NCBI GenBank assembly: GCA_028870995.1
Contig: JAGWOI010000003.1
Location: 39,955 to 103,954 of the forward strand
Length of the DNA: 64,000 nt
DNA from: Candidatus Omnitrophota bacterium
GTDB taxonomy: Bacteria; Omnitrophota; Gorgyraeia; Zapsychrales; Fredricksoniimonadaceae
Reading direction: 5' to 3'
In this document: positions 44,234-58,464 of the stretch, piece by piece
How the letters are laid out: each line of letters starts with the position of its first letter
Position numbering within the stretch: the first letter of the stretch is position 1
Notes under the pieces: generated by a model
What the model saw: the letters and a program-made list of their open reading frames with translations, nothing else
What the model was told of the DNA's origin: nothing
The model's database searches: none
Made by a program: the position numbers and the translations under genes

Positions 44234-44806
44234 ATGAAATTGCCGGCGGTTTTGTTGACAGGTATTTTTATTTTTGTGCCCCTGTTGCAGGCGCAGCAGC
44301 TGCCGGAGGCGGCCAACGCCATGCCAAGCATCTATGATTTCAAGGTCAAGACGATCGACGGCCGCGACGAGAACCTGGGCGATTATAAGGGCAAGGTGCT
44401 GTTGATCGTCAACACGGCCAGCCGCTGCGGCTTTACGCCCCAGTATGCGGGGCTCGAAAAATTGTACGAGCGTTATAAAGACCGGGGGTTTGTGGTGCTG
44501 GCCTTTCCTTCCAATGATTTCCTGGGCCAGGAGCCGGGAGATGATGCGGCCATTAAGCAATTTTGTGCGTTGAAATACAAAACCACCTTCCCGCTGTTTT
44601 CCAAAATAAGCGTCAAGGGACCGCATATCGCCCCGCTCTACCGCTATTTGACCACGGCTTCCGGTTTTAACGGGGGCATCACCTGGAACTTTAATAAATT
44701 TCTCGTTGACCGTCAAGGCCATGTCATCGGCCGCTTCGGTTCGCGCACCGCTCCCATGGATCCCGGCTTGGAAGAGGATGTGCTCGTGGCCTTGTCCCGT
44801 CAATAA
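44234..44806 (+). CDS. Cys-type glutathione peroxidase-family protein with signal peptide
   Basis: NTASRCGFTPQY, FPSNDF, QEPG, WNFNKFL. Confidence 0.9.
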   Translation: MKLPAVLLTGIFIFVPLLQAQQLPEAANAMPSIYDFKVKTIDGRDENLGDYKGKVLLIVNTASRCGFTPQYAGLEKLYERYKDRGFVVLAFPSNDFLGQEPGDDAAIKQFCALKYKTTFPLFSKISVKGPHIAPLYRYLTTASGFNGGITWNFNKFLVDRQGHVIGRFGSRTAPMDPGLEEDVLVALSRQ

Positions 44807-44816
44807 GGGAGGGGAT

Positions 44817-45434
44817 ATGACTTTCGAAAGCATCGTTAAAAGTCTTTCCTTGGCGGACCAAAAAATTATTCAAGAGGTGATGGCCTTATTCGAAACCGTC
44901 GACCGTCGGACCCAGGCCTTTTGCCGGCAGACGGGGCTTAAATGCAAGGAGGGCTGCGGGGCCTGTTGTGAAAACCCCCAGGTGGAAAGCACGGTCACTG
45001 AAGTCCTGCCCTTGGCCGTGTACCTTTGGTCGCAGGGCCAGGCTCTGGATACCTTGAAAGAGATCCGGGCCAGGGAGTCCCAAGGCCCCTGCGTCCTGTA
45101 TGAGCCGCACGCTTTTAATCACCACCGAGGCCGCTGCACCATTTACGTCTACCGGCCGGGCCTATGCCGGCTGTTTGGCTTTGCCGTCCGTAAAAACAAA
45201 TACGGCGAGCAGGAATTGATGACTTGCAAGGTCATCAAGGAGGAGCAGCCCGGCATTTGTGAGCGCACCGAGGAGAAATTGCGTAAAGGTTTGGAGGGGC
45301 CCCTGCTGACGTCCCATGCCTTTGATGTGGCCAATATCGATCCCGCCCATGGACGCGCCTTTTTGCCCATCAATGAGGCGCTGGCTCAGGCCATCGAAAG
45401 AATAGGATACGCGCTGGAAAAAGCAAAACAATAG
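44817..45434 (+). CDS. YkgJ/CxxCxxCC cysteine-cluster protein
   Basis: CKEGCGACC, C..C.IY..RP..CR.FG; GGAGGGG RBS before ATG 44817. Confidence 0.82.
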   Translation: MTFESIVKSLSLADQKIIQEVMALFETVDRRTQAFCRQTGLKCKEGCGACCENPQVESTVTEVLPLAVYLWSQGQALDTLKEIRARESQGPCVLYEPHAFNHHRGRCTIYVYRPGLCRLFGFAVRKNKYGEQELMTCKVIKEEQPGICERTEEKLRKGLEGPLLTSHAFDVANIDPAHGRAFLPINEALAQAIERIGYALEKAKQ

Positions 45435-45473
45435 TTGCCGACCCTATCGCAAAGGTTGTATACTCGAAGCATC

Positions 45474-45845
45474 ATGGCTGCGAAAAAGACAATCCTATTT
45501 ATCGATGACAATCCTGTGGATAGGACCCTGATCAGCAGGCTTCTGGCCAAGCATGATTTTAAGGTTTTGCTGGCCGAGGACGGTCCGACGGGCCTGCGCA
45601 TGGCCAAGGAGCAGCCGCTGGACCTGATCCTGCTCGACATCCTGCTGCCGCAGATTTCAGGGATAGAGCTGTGCAAGAAGCTGAAGGCCGACGTGACCAC
45701 CTTTGATATCCCTGTCATTTTTTATACGTCCATCGATACTCCCAAACACCTGATCGACTACAGCTCTTACGGCGCTTGCGATTACATCCAAAAGACGACG
45801 CCGCCCGAAGAGCTGATTGCTTCCATCAAGGCCATCCTGGAATAA
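45474..45845 (+). CDS. Single-domain response regulator
   Basis: FIDD, DLILLDILLPQISG, IPVIFYT, DYIQK. Confidence 0.88.
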   Translation: MAAKKTILFIDDNPVDRTLISRLLAKHDFKVLLAEDGPTGLRMAKEQPLDLILLDILLPQISGIELCKKLKADVTTFDIPVIFYTSIDTPKHLIDYSSYGACDYIQKTTPPEELIASIKAILE

Positions 45846-45846
45846 G

Positions 45847-45875
45847 TTGACAAGGGCCGCTCCTTGCCTTATATT
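45847..45875 (+). promoter_or_regulatory. sigma70-type promoter of the carA operon
   Basis: TTGACA-N17-TATATT. Confidence 0.65.
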
Positions 45876-45945
45876 GTATAAGGCACGGAGATAATTCTTC
45901 CCGCCACAAGTCATTTCCACATCATTTTTCGACGAAAAGCAGGGC

Positions 45946-47032
45946 ATGAAAGAGGCCATTCTATATTTGCAGGACGCCGCGAGTTTTCGCGGCCGTACGT
46001 TAAAAGAAGCAGGGGAGACCGCAGGCGAGGTTGTCTTCAATACAGCCATGACCGGTTACCAGGAAGTCCTCACGGATCCCTCCTATACCGGCCAGATCGT
46101 CGTGATGACCTATCCGCTGATCGGCAATTACGGCGTCAACGAAGAGGACATCGAATCCGACCGGGTGCATGTCAAGGGCTTCGTAGTCAAGGAATTCTGC
46201 CGCCGTCCTTCCAATTGGCGCGCCAAGAAAAGCCTCACCGAATATTTAAATGAAAATAAGATCATTGCCATGGAAGGCGTGGACACCCGCGCCCTGACCC
46301 GTCATTTGCGCATTTCCGGGGCCATGAAGGCCATTATCTCCACGGAAGATTTCGACCCTAAAAGTTTACAGCGTAAACTGGATGCCATGCCGTCGATGGA
46401 GGGAATGGATTTCGTCAAGGACGTCAGCACGGCCAAAAAATACGTGTGGAAGCATTCCGGTCCCCGCCGCTACAAGATCGCGGCCATCGATTGCGGCATC
46501 AAATACAATATCTTGCGCATTTTGGCGGACTTAGGCTGCGAGATCCATGTGTTCCCGGCCAAGACGAGGCCCGCGGAGATCATGGCCATCAAGCCGGACG
46601 GCTTATTCCTGTCCAACGGTCCCGGCGATCCGGCCGTGGTCAACTATGTCATTGATACGGTGCGGGAATGCTTAGGGAAGCTGCCCATCTTCGGCATCTG
46701 CCTGGGCAACCAGATCTTGGGGCTGGCCCTGGGCGGCAAGACCTATAAATTGAAGTTCGGCCACCATGGCGCCAACCATCCTGTCAAAGATTTTGAAGGC
46801 AACCGTATTGCGGTCACCAGCCAAAACCACGGCTTTTGCGTGGATCTTAAAAGCCTTAATAGCGACGATGTTGAAGTGATCCACACCAATTTGAACGACC
46901 AAAGTGTGGAGGGCATCCGGCACAAGCATTTTCCGGCTTTTTCCATCCAATACCATCCGGAATCGGCGCCGGGACCGCATGATGCCCATTATTTGTTCAA
47001 CCATTTTATCGCCATGATCGAGAAGCATAAAA

Positions 47033-47040
<8 letters not shown>
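45946..47040 (+). CDS. carA: Carbamoyl-phosphate synthase small subunit
   Basis: GEVVFNT.MTGYQE, SNGPGDP, GICLG, SQNHGF, QYHPE. Confidence 0.97.
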
Positions 47041-50347
<3,307 letters not shown>

Positions 50348-50353
50348 GGTTTT

Positions 50354-51727
50354 ATGTGCGGGATCGTAGGCCTAAGTCATCATAAAGAAGCGGGCAAGAT
50401 AGCCTTTTTGGGCTTGTACGCCCTGCAGCATCGCGGCGAAGAGGCCGCGGGCATCGTTTCCTACGACGGCCAACAGATGCACGTCGTCAAAAAGGACGGA
50501 TTGGCCGTCGATAATTTCGATGAGGAGAACATCTCCAGGCTGAAAGGCCACATGGCCATCGCCCACACCCGTTATTCCACCACCGGCAGCTCTCAAAGCA
50601 AGAACATCCAGCCCCTGGTGGTCAACCACCGCAAGAAAACCATGGCCCTGGCGCATAACGGCAATCTGGTCAACACCGAGGAGCTTTGTACAAAACTTGA
50701 GGGGGAAGGCTCGATTTTTCAGACCTCCATGGACTCCGAGGTTTTTATGCACCTGCTGGCCAAGACACCCAACGGCAACATGGCCGAATGGCTGACCAAG
50801 GTCTTTGTCCAGGTTAAGGGGGCGTATTCCGTGGTGATGCTGTTGAATGACTGCCTGGTCGGCGCCCGCGATCCCCAAGGGTTCAGGCCTTTGTGTTTAG
50901 GAAAACTTGGCGACGGCTATATTTTGGCCTCGGAGAGCTGTGCCTTTGATCTGATGAACGCGGAATTTGTGCGGGAGATAGATCCCGGTGAAATTGTCAT
51001 CATTAAAGGCAATAAACTGGAATCCATTTATCTGCCCGGAAGCCGTGAAGCCCAAAAGGCCTTTTGCATTTTCGAGAACATTTATTTCGCGCGTCCGGAC
51101 AGTACTATTTTCGGGGACAATATTTACCAGGTCCGCAAACGGCTGGGGGCCAGGCTCGCCATCGAGCACCCGGCAAGCGCCGATTTTGTCTTAGGCATTC
51201 CCGATTCCGGCAATTATGCCGCCCTGGGGTATGCCCAACAATTGAACATGCCTTTCGAACAGGGGATCATCCGCAACCACTATATCGGCCGCACCTTTAT
51301 CCAGCCGACACAATTTTTGCGGGAATTCCGGGTGCGGGTAAAACTTAATCCCATCCGCGATCTTATCAAAGGCAAAAGGGTGGTGGTGATCGAAGATTCC
51401 ATCGTGCGCGGCACCACGTCCCGCAGCCGCATTGAAGGCATCCGCGAGGCCGGCGCCAAGGAGATCCATATGCGGATCTCCTGCCCGCCCATCAAGTCCC
51501 CGTGCTTTTACGGGATCGATTTCCCGTCGACGGGTGAATTGATCGCGCACAACAAGACCATCGCACAAATCGCAGATTTTATCAAGGTCGATTCTTTGGG
51601 TTTTTTAAGCTTGGGAGGCATGCTGTCCGTGATGAAGGAGAAGGGCAATTTCTGCTCCGCCTGTTTCACCGGCCAATACCCCACCGATATCCCGAAGAAC
51701 ACCGATAAATTAAAGTTGGAAAAATGA
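50354..51727 (+). CDS. purF: Amidophosphoribosyltransferase
   Basis: [42 protein letters not shown]. Confidence 0.97.
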   Translation: MCGIVGLSHHKEAGKIAFLGLYALQHRGEEAAGIVSYDGQQMHVVKKDGLAVDNFDEENISRLKGHMAIAHTRYSTTGSSQSKNIQPLVVNHRKKTMALAHNGNLVNTEELCTKLEGEGSIFQTSMDSEVFMHLLAKTPNGNMAEWLTKVFVQVKGAYSVVMLLNDCLVGARDPQGFRPLCLGKLGDGYILASESCAFDLMNAEFVREIDPGEIVIIKGNKLESIYLPGSREAQKAFCIFENIYFARPDSTIFGDNIYQVRKRLGARLAIEHPASADFVLGIPDSGNYAALGYAQQLNMPFEQGIIRNHYIGRTFIQPTQFLREFRVRVKLNPIRDLIKGKRVVVIEDSIVRGTTSRSRIEGIREAGAKEIHMRISCPPIKSPCFYGIDFPSTGELIAHNKTIAQIADFIKVDSLGFLSLGGMLSVMKEKGNFCSACFTGQYPTDIPKNTDKLKLEK

Positions 51728-53337
51728 GCAAATACATATTTGTGACAGGCGGTGTGGTTTCAAGTCTTGGTAAAGGCATTGCGGCGGCCTCGATCGGCAA
51801 GCTGCTGGAGGCCCGCGGCCTTAAGACGGCCATCATCAAGTGTGACCCTTATCTGAACGTGGACCCCGGCACCATGAACCCCTTTCAGCACGGCGAGGTG
51901 TATGTCACCGACGACGGCGCGGAAACCGACCTGGACCTGGGGCATTACGAGCGCTTCACCCACACCCAGCTTTCCAAAGACAGCAGCATCACGGCCGGCA
52001 AGGTGTACTATTCCGTGATCACCAAGGAACGCCGCGGCGATTACCTGGGCAAGACCGTGCAGATCATTCCGCACATCACCGACGAGATCAAGGAGCGCAT
52101 CAAGAAGGTGGCCAGGGCCAATGATGTGGATGTGACGATCGTTGAGATCGGCGGAACGGTGGGCGACATCGAAAGCCTGCCCTTTTTGGAAGCCATCCGC
52201 CAGCTGCGCTGGGAACTCGGCGAGTCCTACGCGCTTAACATTCATGTGACCCTTTTGCCGTATATCAAGTCCGCAGGCGAAATGAAGACCAAGCCCACCC
52301 AGCACAGCGTCGGGCGTCTGCGTGAAATAGGCATTATCCCGCAGATCCTCATGTGCCGCACCGAACGGGAGATCACCCAGGAGCAGCGCGAAAAAATCGC
52401 CTTGTTCTGCAATGTGGACGTGGAGGCGGTCATCGAAGCGCCTGACGTCAAGCACATCTATGAAGTGCCTGCCGTTTTCAAAGAAGAAGGCCTGGATGAC
52501 CTGATTCTAAAGAAGCTCAACATCAAACTGCCGGACCGCGGCATCAAGAGCTGGGAAGACGGCGTTTTAAAACGCTTGAGGGCGCCGGCCAGGGAAGTCA
52601 AAATTGCGGTGGTCGGCAAATACATCACCCTGCAGGACGCTTATAAATCCATTTACGAGGCTCTGGTGCACGGGGGCATTGCCAATAATGCCCGGGTCAA
52701 TATCGTGAAAATAGATTCGGAAGAGGTGGAGGCCCACGGCCTCAAAAAATATTTGAAAGATGCCCAGGGGATTTTGATCCCCGGCGGGTTCGGCTCCCGC
52801 GGCATCGAGGGCAAGATCGCGGCGGTCAGGTTTGCCCGGGAAAACAACATTCCGTTCTTCGGGATTTGTTTAGGCATGCAGATCGCCACCATCGAATTCG
52901 CCCGGCATGTGGCCGGCCTTAAGGACGCCAATTCGACCGAATTCGACAAAGAGACGCCATGCCCTGTCATCAGCCTGATCGAGGAGCAAAAAGAGGTCAA
53001 GGACATGGGCGCCTCCATGCGCCTGGGGGCTTTTGCCTGCCTTTTGGACAAGGGCTCCAAAAGTTTTGAGGTTTATAAGTCCGATAAAATTTCGGAACGT
53101 CATCGCCACCGCTATGAGTTCAATAACGCGTTCCGTCAGCAGTTGACCGCCAAGGGTTTGTCCATTGCCGGGATCAATCCCGACCAGGACCTGGTGGAAA
53201 TTGTCGAGATCAAGGACCATCCGTGGTTTGTGGGCTGTCAATTCCATCCGGAATTCAAGTCCAAGCCTGACAGCGCCCATCCTCTCTTTAGGGGCTTTAT
53301 CGCTGCGGCGGCAAATAAAGTGGTGAGTGTGCATTGA
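51724..53337 (+). CDS. pyrG: CTP synthase
   Basis: [51 protein letters not shown]. Confidence 0.98.
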   Translation: MSKYIFVTGGVVSSLGKGIAAASIGKLLEARGLKTAIIKCDPYLNVDPGTMNPFQHGEVYVTDDGAETDLDLGHYERFTHTQLSKDSSITAGKVYYSVITKERRGDYLGKTVQIIPHITDEIKERIKKVARANDVDVTIVEIGGTVGDIESLPFLEAIRQLRWELGESYALNIHVTLLPYIKSAGEMKTKPTQHSVGRLREIGIIPQILMCRTEREITQEQREKIALFCNVDVEAVIEAPDVKHIYEVPAVFKEEGLDDLILKKLNIKLPDRGIKSWEDGVLKRLRAPAREVKIAVVGKYITLQDAYKSIYEALVHGGIANNARVNIVKIDSEEVEAHGLKKYLKDAQGILIPGGFGSRGIEGKIAAVRFARENNIPFFGICLGMQIATIEFARHVAGLKDANSTEFDKETPCPVISLIEEQKEVKDMGASMRLGAFACLLDKGSKSFEVYKSDKISERHRHRYEFNNAFRQQLTAKGLSIAGINPDQDLVEIVEIKDHPWFVGCQFHPEFKSKPDSAHPLFRGFIAAAANKVVSVH

Positions 53338-53351
53338 TAAAATAGGTTCAA

Positions 53352-53436
<85 letters not shown>

Positions 53437-53458
53437 TTAATAGTTGAAAACAGCAATT

Positions 53459-54163
53459 ATGGGAAGACCCATTGAAGTATCGGCCAGTATCCTGGCTGCT
53501 GATTTTGCCAACCTGGAACGCGACATCAAGCGCTGCGAGGCCGCCGGAGTGGCACGTTTTCATATCGATTGCATGGACGGCCATTTTGTCCCCAACCTGA
53601 CCATCGGCCCCGTCATCGTGGAGGCCATTCGCAGGCATACCAAGCTTCCCCTCGAGGCCCATTTGATGATCGAGCATCCCGGGGATTATATCGGGCACTA
53701 TGCCAAGGCCGGAGCGGACATCATCCAACTCCAGGCGGAATGTTACGGCCGGCGCCGGGCTGCCTGCGGCCTATGGAACCAATGGCCCAAAGAAACCGAC
53801 CATGTGGATGCCGCCGCCCTGTGTGCGGATTTAAAGAAGATCCGGGGACTCGGGAAAAAAGCCTTCGTGGTTTTTAATCCCGGTACACCCCTGGCCGAGG
53901 ATGTGCTTGGCACGTGTGACGGCGTCCTTATCATGTCGGTCAATCCCGGGTTTGCCGGCCAGAAATTCATGCCCGAAGCCCTGCCTAAACTAAAACGCCT
54001 GAAGGAAATTTTTAAGGGCGATATTGCCATTGACGGAGGAGTCAATGCCCAAACCGCGCCATCTGCGGTGGGGGCGGGGGCCCGTGTCCTTATCACCGCC
54101 AGTTATCTTTTCGGCGCCCCGGATCTTTCAGCCGTGGTCGAGACCCTTAAATCCTTGGGTTGA
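53459..54163 (+). CDS. rpe: Ribulose-phosphate 3-epimerase
   Basis: SILAADF, HIDCMDGHFVPN, AHLMI, MSVNPGFAGQKF, IDGGVN. Confidence 0.93.
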   Translation: MGRPIEVSASILAADFANLERDIKRCEAAGVARFHIDCMDGHFVPNLTIGPVIVEAIRRHTKLPLEAHLMIEHPGDYIGHYAKAGADIIQLQAECYGRRRAACGLWNQWPKETDHVDAAALCADLKKIRGLGKKAFVVFNPGTPLAEDVLGTCDGVLIMSVNPGFAGQKFMPEALPKLKRLKEIFKGDIAIDGGVNAQTAPSAVGAGARVLITASYLFGAPDLSAVVETLKSLG

Positions 54164-54235
54164 TTTTGCTCTTCCCGTTTTTATATGTTATATTTGTATT
54201 ATCTCGCGCTTTAGAAAACCTGTCTCAAGGAGAGT

Positions 54236-55999
54236 ATGAGGATATCTGTCAATCATAGCTCTTTCAGAGGCCAGACCTCCATAGAATACCTTTTGCTTTT
54301 GGCGGTGGTGGCGGTGGTCGTGATAACCGCTTTCAGCCGCGGGGGCTTGATCGACAAGGTGCGCAACACGGCAGGGGATTATTATAATACCGTCACCCGC
54401 GTTATCATGGATAGTGACGACGGCACCCGGACCCTTCCCAACGGTAAGACAGCTTCCGTAGATACGCCCAATCCCATCGACGGCGGCTGGTGCCCGGTCG
54501 TTTGTCCGACCGGCAGCGGCCCTACTACCATTTACGGCGCCTGTGAATGCCCGGCGCCTGCCTTCGGCGGGCAAGGCTGTCCCAGCCTCACGGTTTCCTG
54601 TCTGGAGGGCAAGGAGACGGCCGGCCCCAATACGGGAGGGGCTTGCAAAGGCCAGGTCATATACTGCGGCGGGACGACAAGCTGCGGTCCTTGTCCGGCT
54701 GGTCAATCTTGCGGCGCGCCGCCTCCGGTGGTTACGAATACACCAGGATGCGGCTGTGCCGATGGCCTGACCTGTGATCCCAATCAACGTTGTACCCCGG
54801 GCCTTTACGGGTGCCCGGACAGCTGCACTCCCAGTTGCACCAGGCAAACCTGTCCTCAATGCTATCCTCCGACCGGCTCCATTCCAGATGCGCAGTGCAG
54901 CAGCTGTGAATGCCCGTCGGGCTCATTTTACGATCAAGCCAGCAACAGCTGTCTCAGTTATTGCCCGAAACCGCCAGGGGCTGTTTCTTCATGTAATACT
55001 TGGAACGGGACATCCTGCGTGCCGGTCAACTGCGGCACCAATCAATATTGCGATACGTCCAAACCTCCCGCCTGTCAATGCCAGTGTGATCAGTATTCCT
55101 ATTGGAATGGTTATGCCTGTGTTTATTGCACTGCAGATACTCAGGGCCATTGTACCCTGCCTGTGTCGACGGGCGGCAGCGGCCCATGTAATACAGGGGC
55201 GACGACGACGTGCCAGTCGATCACTTGCCCGAATAATATGTATTGCAACACAGCGCAGAATGCCTGCCAGTGTATCGCTGGGACTTCCTGGAACGGCACG
55301 GCCTGCGTTACGACCAAGATCAATGGGGCCTGTGGAACAACAGAGGGTTCTTGTACGGCAGGCACCGCCGGGAGCATTACTACGACCAATTCTACCTATA
55401 CGTGGACCTGTCAAGGCAGTGGCGGCGGCTCCAACGCCTCTTGCTGCGCGCCTGTTGTGGCCTGTCCTACGTCTGGGACCATTTGCGGCAAAGATGCGTG
55501 CGGCAATACCTGCCCCGGCGCAACCACATGTGGGGCAGGATATCAATGCAGCAATAATATTTGCCAGGATTGCTGCACGGGATTCTGTGGGGGAACCAGA
55601 TGCGGCAAAACTTGCCCTAATACCTGTGGATATACCAATGGGACGGGGACGCAAGACGAGTGCTGTTCGACGAGTACGCCGCCATACACGCGGTGCCTGG
55701 GAGCAGAAACGATTACGACATATCCCAAGCCTTCCGCCTGCAAGAGTGTGCAAATTCCCAATACATCACCGACGTCGAATTATTACTATACCTGTGCTCT
55801 AAAAGTAACCGGCGGCTGGGTAACGCCTTCATGCAGTAATTATAATGGCGCCAGTTGCAAGAAAAATACCGGCGGGGCGGCCTGGCCGGGTGTCTGCTTC
55901 TCCAATAATAGTTCTACGACCAGCGCCGTGTCGATGTATTATAACAAGGCCGTCACCATCGAGTGCTCCCAGGTTTACATCCCCGGCGGGGGCGCGTAA
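54236..55999 (+). CDS. Cys-rich protein with class III (prepilin-type) signal peptide; putative pilus-associated adhesin
   Basis: SFRG|QTSIEYLLLLAVVAVVV (E at +5); about 69 Cys by manual count; TSP1-like and EGF-like motifs; AAGGAG RBS. Confidence 0.8.
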   Translation: MRISVNHSSFRGQTSIEYLLLLAVVAVVVITAFSRGGLIDKVRNTAGDYYNTVTRVIMDSDDGTRTLPNGKTASVDTPNPIDGGWCPVVCPTGSGPTTIYGACECPAPAFGGQGCPSLTVSCLEGKETAGPNTGGACKGQVIYCGGTTSCGPCPAGQSCGAPPPVVTNTPGCGCADGLTCDPNQRCTPGLYGCPDSCTPSCTRQTCPQCYPPTGSIPDAQCSSCECPSGSFYDQASNSCLSYCPKPPGAVSSCNTWNGTSCVPVNCGTNQYCDTSKPPACQCQCDQYSYWNGYACVYCTADTQGHCTLPVSTGGSGPCNTGATTTCQSITCPNNMYCNTAQNACQCIAGTSWNGTACVTTKINGACGTTEGSCTAGTAGSITTTNSTYTWTCQGSGGGSNASCCAPVVACPTSGTICGKDACGNTCPGATTCGAGYQCSNNICQDCCTGFCGGTRCGKTCPNTCGYTNGTGTQDECCSTSTPPYTRCLGAETITTYPKPSACKSVQIPNTSPTSNYYYTCALKVTGGWVTPSCSNYNGASCKKNTGGAAWPGVCFSNNSSTTSAVSMYYNKAVTIECSQVYIPGGGA

Positions 56000-56003
56000 C
56001 TTT

Positions 56004-56933
56004 CTAACCTTTTCTCTGATCCCTCTGAAAATTACTTTTGCCCATGGACTTGGCGAATTTTTTTAACTCCGCGCCGATTTCGCCGATCTGGGCCACATGG
56101 GTGATTCTTTGGTTGGCATTGCTGACAATACCGATGGAGACTGAGACCAAGCCTGCCTTGATGGGGTTGCCCTGGCGGTCAACACCGCTTATAAAACCAG
56201 CCTGCCGGTCATCGTCTTTATAAAAGCTGGGAGATAGTTTATCAAAGGCGTCGATGACGGACTGGCTGACCCGGTCGGCTTTGTCATCGTCGCAGATAAA
56301 GACAAAGTCGTCCCCGCCGATATGCCCCACAAAAGCTTCCGCGCCGCAGAATTGCTGGCTGGCCTCAACCAGGATACGGGCTAGGGCCCGGATGACCTCA
56401 TCGCCGTGTTCAAACCCGTACTTGTCGTTGTAGACCTTGAATTTGTCGAGGTCCACATAGCCGACCGCAAAGGGTTTGTCGCTGTCGATACGGCCCTGAA
56501 GCTCGTCCATGATGGAGGTATTGCCGGGCAGGTGCGAGAGGGGATTGGCGTCCAGCGATCGGCTGGTGCGCTTGAGGATCATCTTGATGCGCGCCACCAG
56601 GGTCTCGGGCTCGAAAGGTTTGACCAAGTAATCGTCGGCGCCGGATTCTATGCCGGTGACCATGTCCCTGGTCTCTCCCTTGCCGGTCAGCATGATGACC
56701 GGCAGATGGCGCAGCAAGATGTCCCGCCGCAGCTGCCGGCAGAATTCCGCGCCGTTCATGACCGGCATGTTATAGTCGGTGATGATCAGGTCCGGGTTTT
56801 TGGCCTTGACCATTTCCAGCCCTTCCTTGCCGTTGCTGGCAGCCAGGACGGTATAATGTTCCGACAGGCTCAAGTCCAGGACATCACGGATGTCCGGGTC
56901 GTCATCGATGATCAGTATCCGTTCACGCCGCAT
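56004..56933 (-). CDS. REC-GGDEF response regulator (GGDDF variant)
   Basis: REC (IIDDD, DYNMP, KPF), then DANPLSHLPGN, DLDKFKVYND.YG...GD, GHIGGDDF. Confidence 0.92.
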   Translation of the reverse strand: MRRERILIIDDDPDIRDVLDLSLSEHYTVLAASNGKEGLEMVKAKNPDLIITDYNMPVMNGAEFCRQLRRDILLRHLPVIMLTGKGETRDMVTGIESGADDYLVKPFEPETLVARIKMILKRTSRSLDANPLSHLPGNTSIMDELQGRIDSDKPFAVGYVDLDKFKVYNDKYGFEHGDEVIRALARILVEASQQFCGAEAFVGHIGGDDFVFICDDDKADRVSQSVIDAFDKLSPSFYKDDDRQAGFISGVDRQGNPIKAGLVSVSIGIVSNANQRITHVAQIGEIGAELKKFAKSMGKSNFQRDQRKG

Positions 56934-58461
56934 AATTTTTCTCTAGGTTGATGCGTTCCTCGAATGCCTTTTGGGAAGCAGGCAGGGTGAAATAAAAAAT
57001 GGTCCCCGTGCCTACCGTGCTCTCCACCCATATTTTACCATGATGGGCCGCCACAATGTTCTTAGCCAGGACCAATCCCAAGCCGGTGCCTTTAACGTTC
57101 TGGTTGATCTCGTTGTCCACCCGGAAGAATTCGTTGAACAATTTCTGGATCTCCGCCGCCGGGATGCCGATGCCCGTGTCGGACACGCTTAAAACCGCGA
57201 ACCCTTCATCGAGAGCAGGGGAAACCCCGATGGTGACAGTGCCCTGCGCGGGGGTAAATTTAATGGCATTGCCTAAGAGATTGATGAAGACGCGTTCCAC
57301 CTGGGAGGCGTCCACGTAGATGTTTTCAACCTCAGTGCAGAGGCGCTGCTGTAATTTGATGCCCTTGGCCGTCATTTGGGGCGCTAAAAGATCGGCCACA
57401 TTGTCCACCATGCTCTTGATTTTGTACAGTGCAAACTTCATTTCCTGGCGGTTGGACTCGATGCGGGCGATGTCCAGCAGATTATTGATGAGACTCACCA
57501 GGTTGTCCGAATGGGTGTTGATTTTGGACAGGCGTTCCTTGACGGCAGCAGGCACATCCCCGATCTTGCCGGCGATCAGGATGGAGGCATAGCCTTTGAT
57601 GGAGGTCAGGGGCGTGCGCAGTTCATGCGAGACGGCGGAGATGAACTCCGATTTCTTTCGGCTGATCTCATTGACCTTTTGCAGCGCCGTGGCCAGCTGT
57701 TTGGTGCGTTCGGCCACCTTAAGTTCCAGATGCTGGCTGGAAAGGAACACCTTTTCGAACAGCCGGGCATTCTCGATGGACTGGCCGATCTGGCCGGCCA
57801 GGATGGTGATCAGTTCCTCGTCGCCCTGGGTCATGGCCGGCGCGTTGAACCCGTAGCCGGCAAAGACGAAGCCGATGGCCCCGGTTTGGGCGGTGACAGG
57901 GGCCAGGATAAAGTGGTCGGATTCGAAGATCTGGATGATGCGTTCCCTGGTTTTGGTGGGGCAATTATTGAGGGATAGGGCAGCGGTCAGTCCTTTAAGG
58001 GTCTCTTCGCTTTCGAATTCTTTCAGGATAGCGTCGGCCCGACTGTCCTTGTAACCGATGTTAAGGCGTACTTTAAGCAAGTTGTTATCATTGATGCAGG
58101 CAATGAGGATGCGGGAAAACCCCAGGTCTCCAAAAAGTGAGGGCGAAATTTTTTGGAAGATTTCGCTTTCATTGAGCGCCTGGCTCATTTGCCGGGATGT
58201 CCGCTGGAGGGCATTGAGGCCGTTGAGGCGCTTGTCCATTTCCTCGCGGGTTTTATGCAGCTCCAGGTCCGTGCGGACAATGAGCTTGGCCTGCTCATCC
58301 AATTCGTTGAAAGAACTCAGCAGTTTGTCCTGTTGGGCTTTCATACGGGCGATAGTTTCTTCCCGGGAGACGAAGGAATAAACAAGATAGACGATGATGC
58401 AGATCAGGATAAAAATAAAAACAACGAGCGCATGGAGCATGAGGGGAGGCGTCACATCCAT
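56923..58461 (-). CDS. Membrane-anchored GAF sensor histidine kinase
   Basis: One N-terminal TM, GAF, SHELRTPLT H-box, NLLGNAIKF, DTGIGI, GTGLGL. Confidence 0.93.
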   Translation of the reverse strand: MDVTPPLMLHALVVFIFILICIIVYLVYSFVSREETIARMKAQQDKLLSSFNELDEQAKLIVRTDLELHKTREEMDKRLNGLNALQRTSRQMSQALNESEIFQKISPSLFGDLGFSRILIACINDNNLLKVRLNIGYKDSRADAILKEFESEETLKGLTAALSLNNCPTKTRERIIQIFESDHFILAPVTAQTGAIGFVFAGYGFNAPAMTQGDEELITILAGQIGQSIENARLFEKVFLSSQHLELKVAERTKQLATALQKVNEISRKKSEFISAVSHELRTPLTSIKGYASILIAGKIGDVPAAVKERLSKINTHSDNLVSLINNLLDIARIESNRQEMKFALYKIKSMVDNVADLLAPQMTAKGIKLQQRLCTEVENIYVDASQVERVFINLLGNAIKFTPAQGTVTIGVSPALDEGFAVLSVSDTGIGIPAAEIQKLFNEFFRVDNEINQNVKGTGLGLVLAKNIVAAHHGKIWVESTVGTGTIFYFTLPASQKAFEERINLEKNYAA

Positions 58462-58464
58462 ATT

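Noticed and set aside
44400-44450. Selenocysteine in the GPx
   Set aside because: The active-site codon is TGC (Cys) and the frame is open.
54774-55802. 342-aa alternative-frame ORF and 254-aa antisense ORF in the Cys-rich gene
   Set aside because: Ala/Arg/Pro-rich frame-shift artefacts of TGC/ACC/GGC-rich codons; no RBS.
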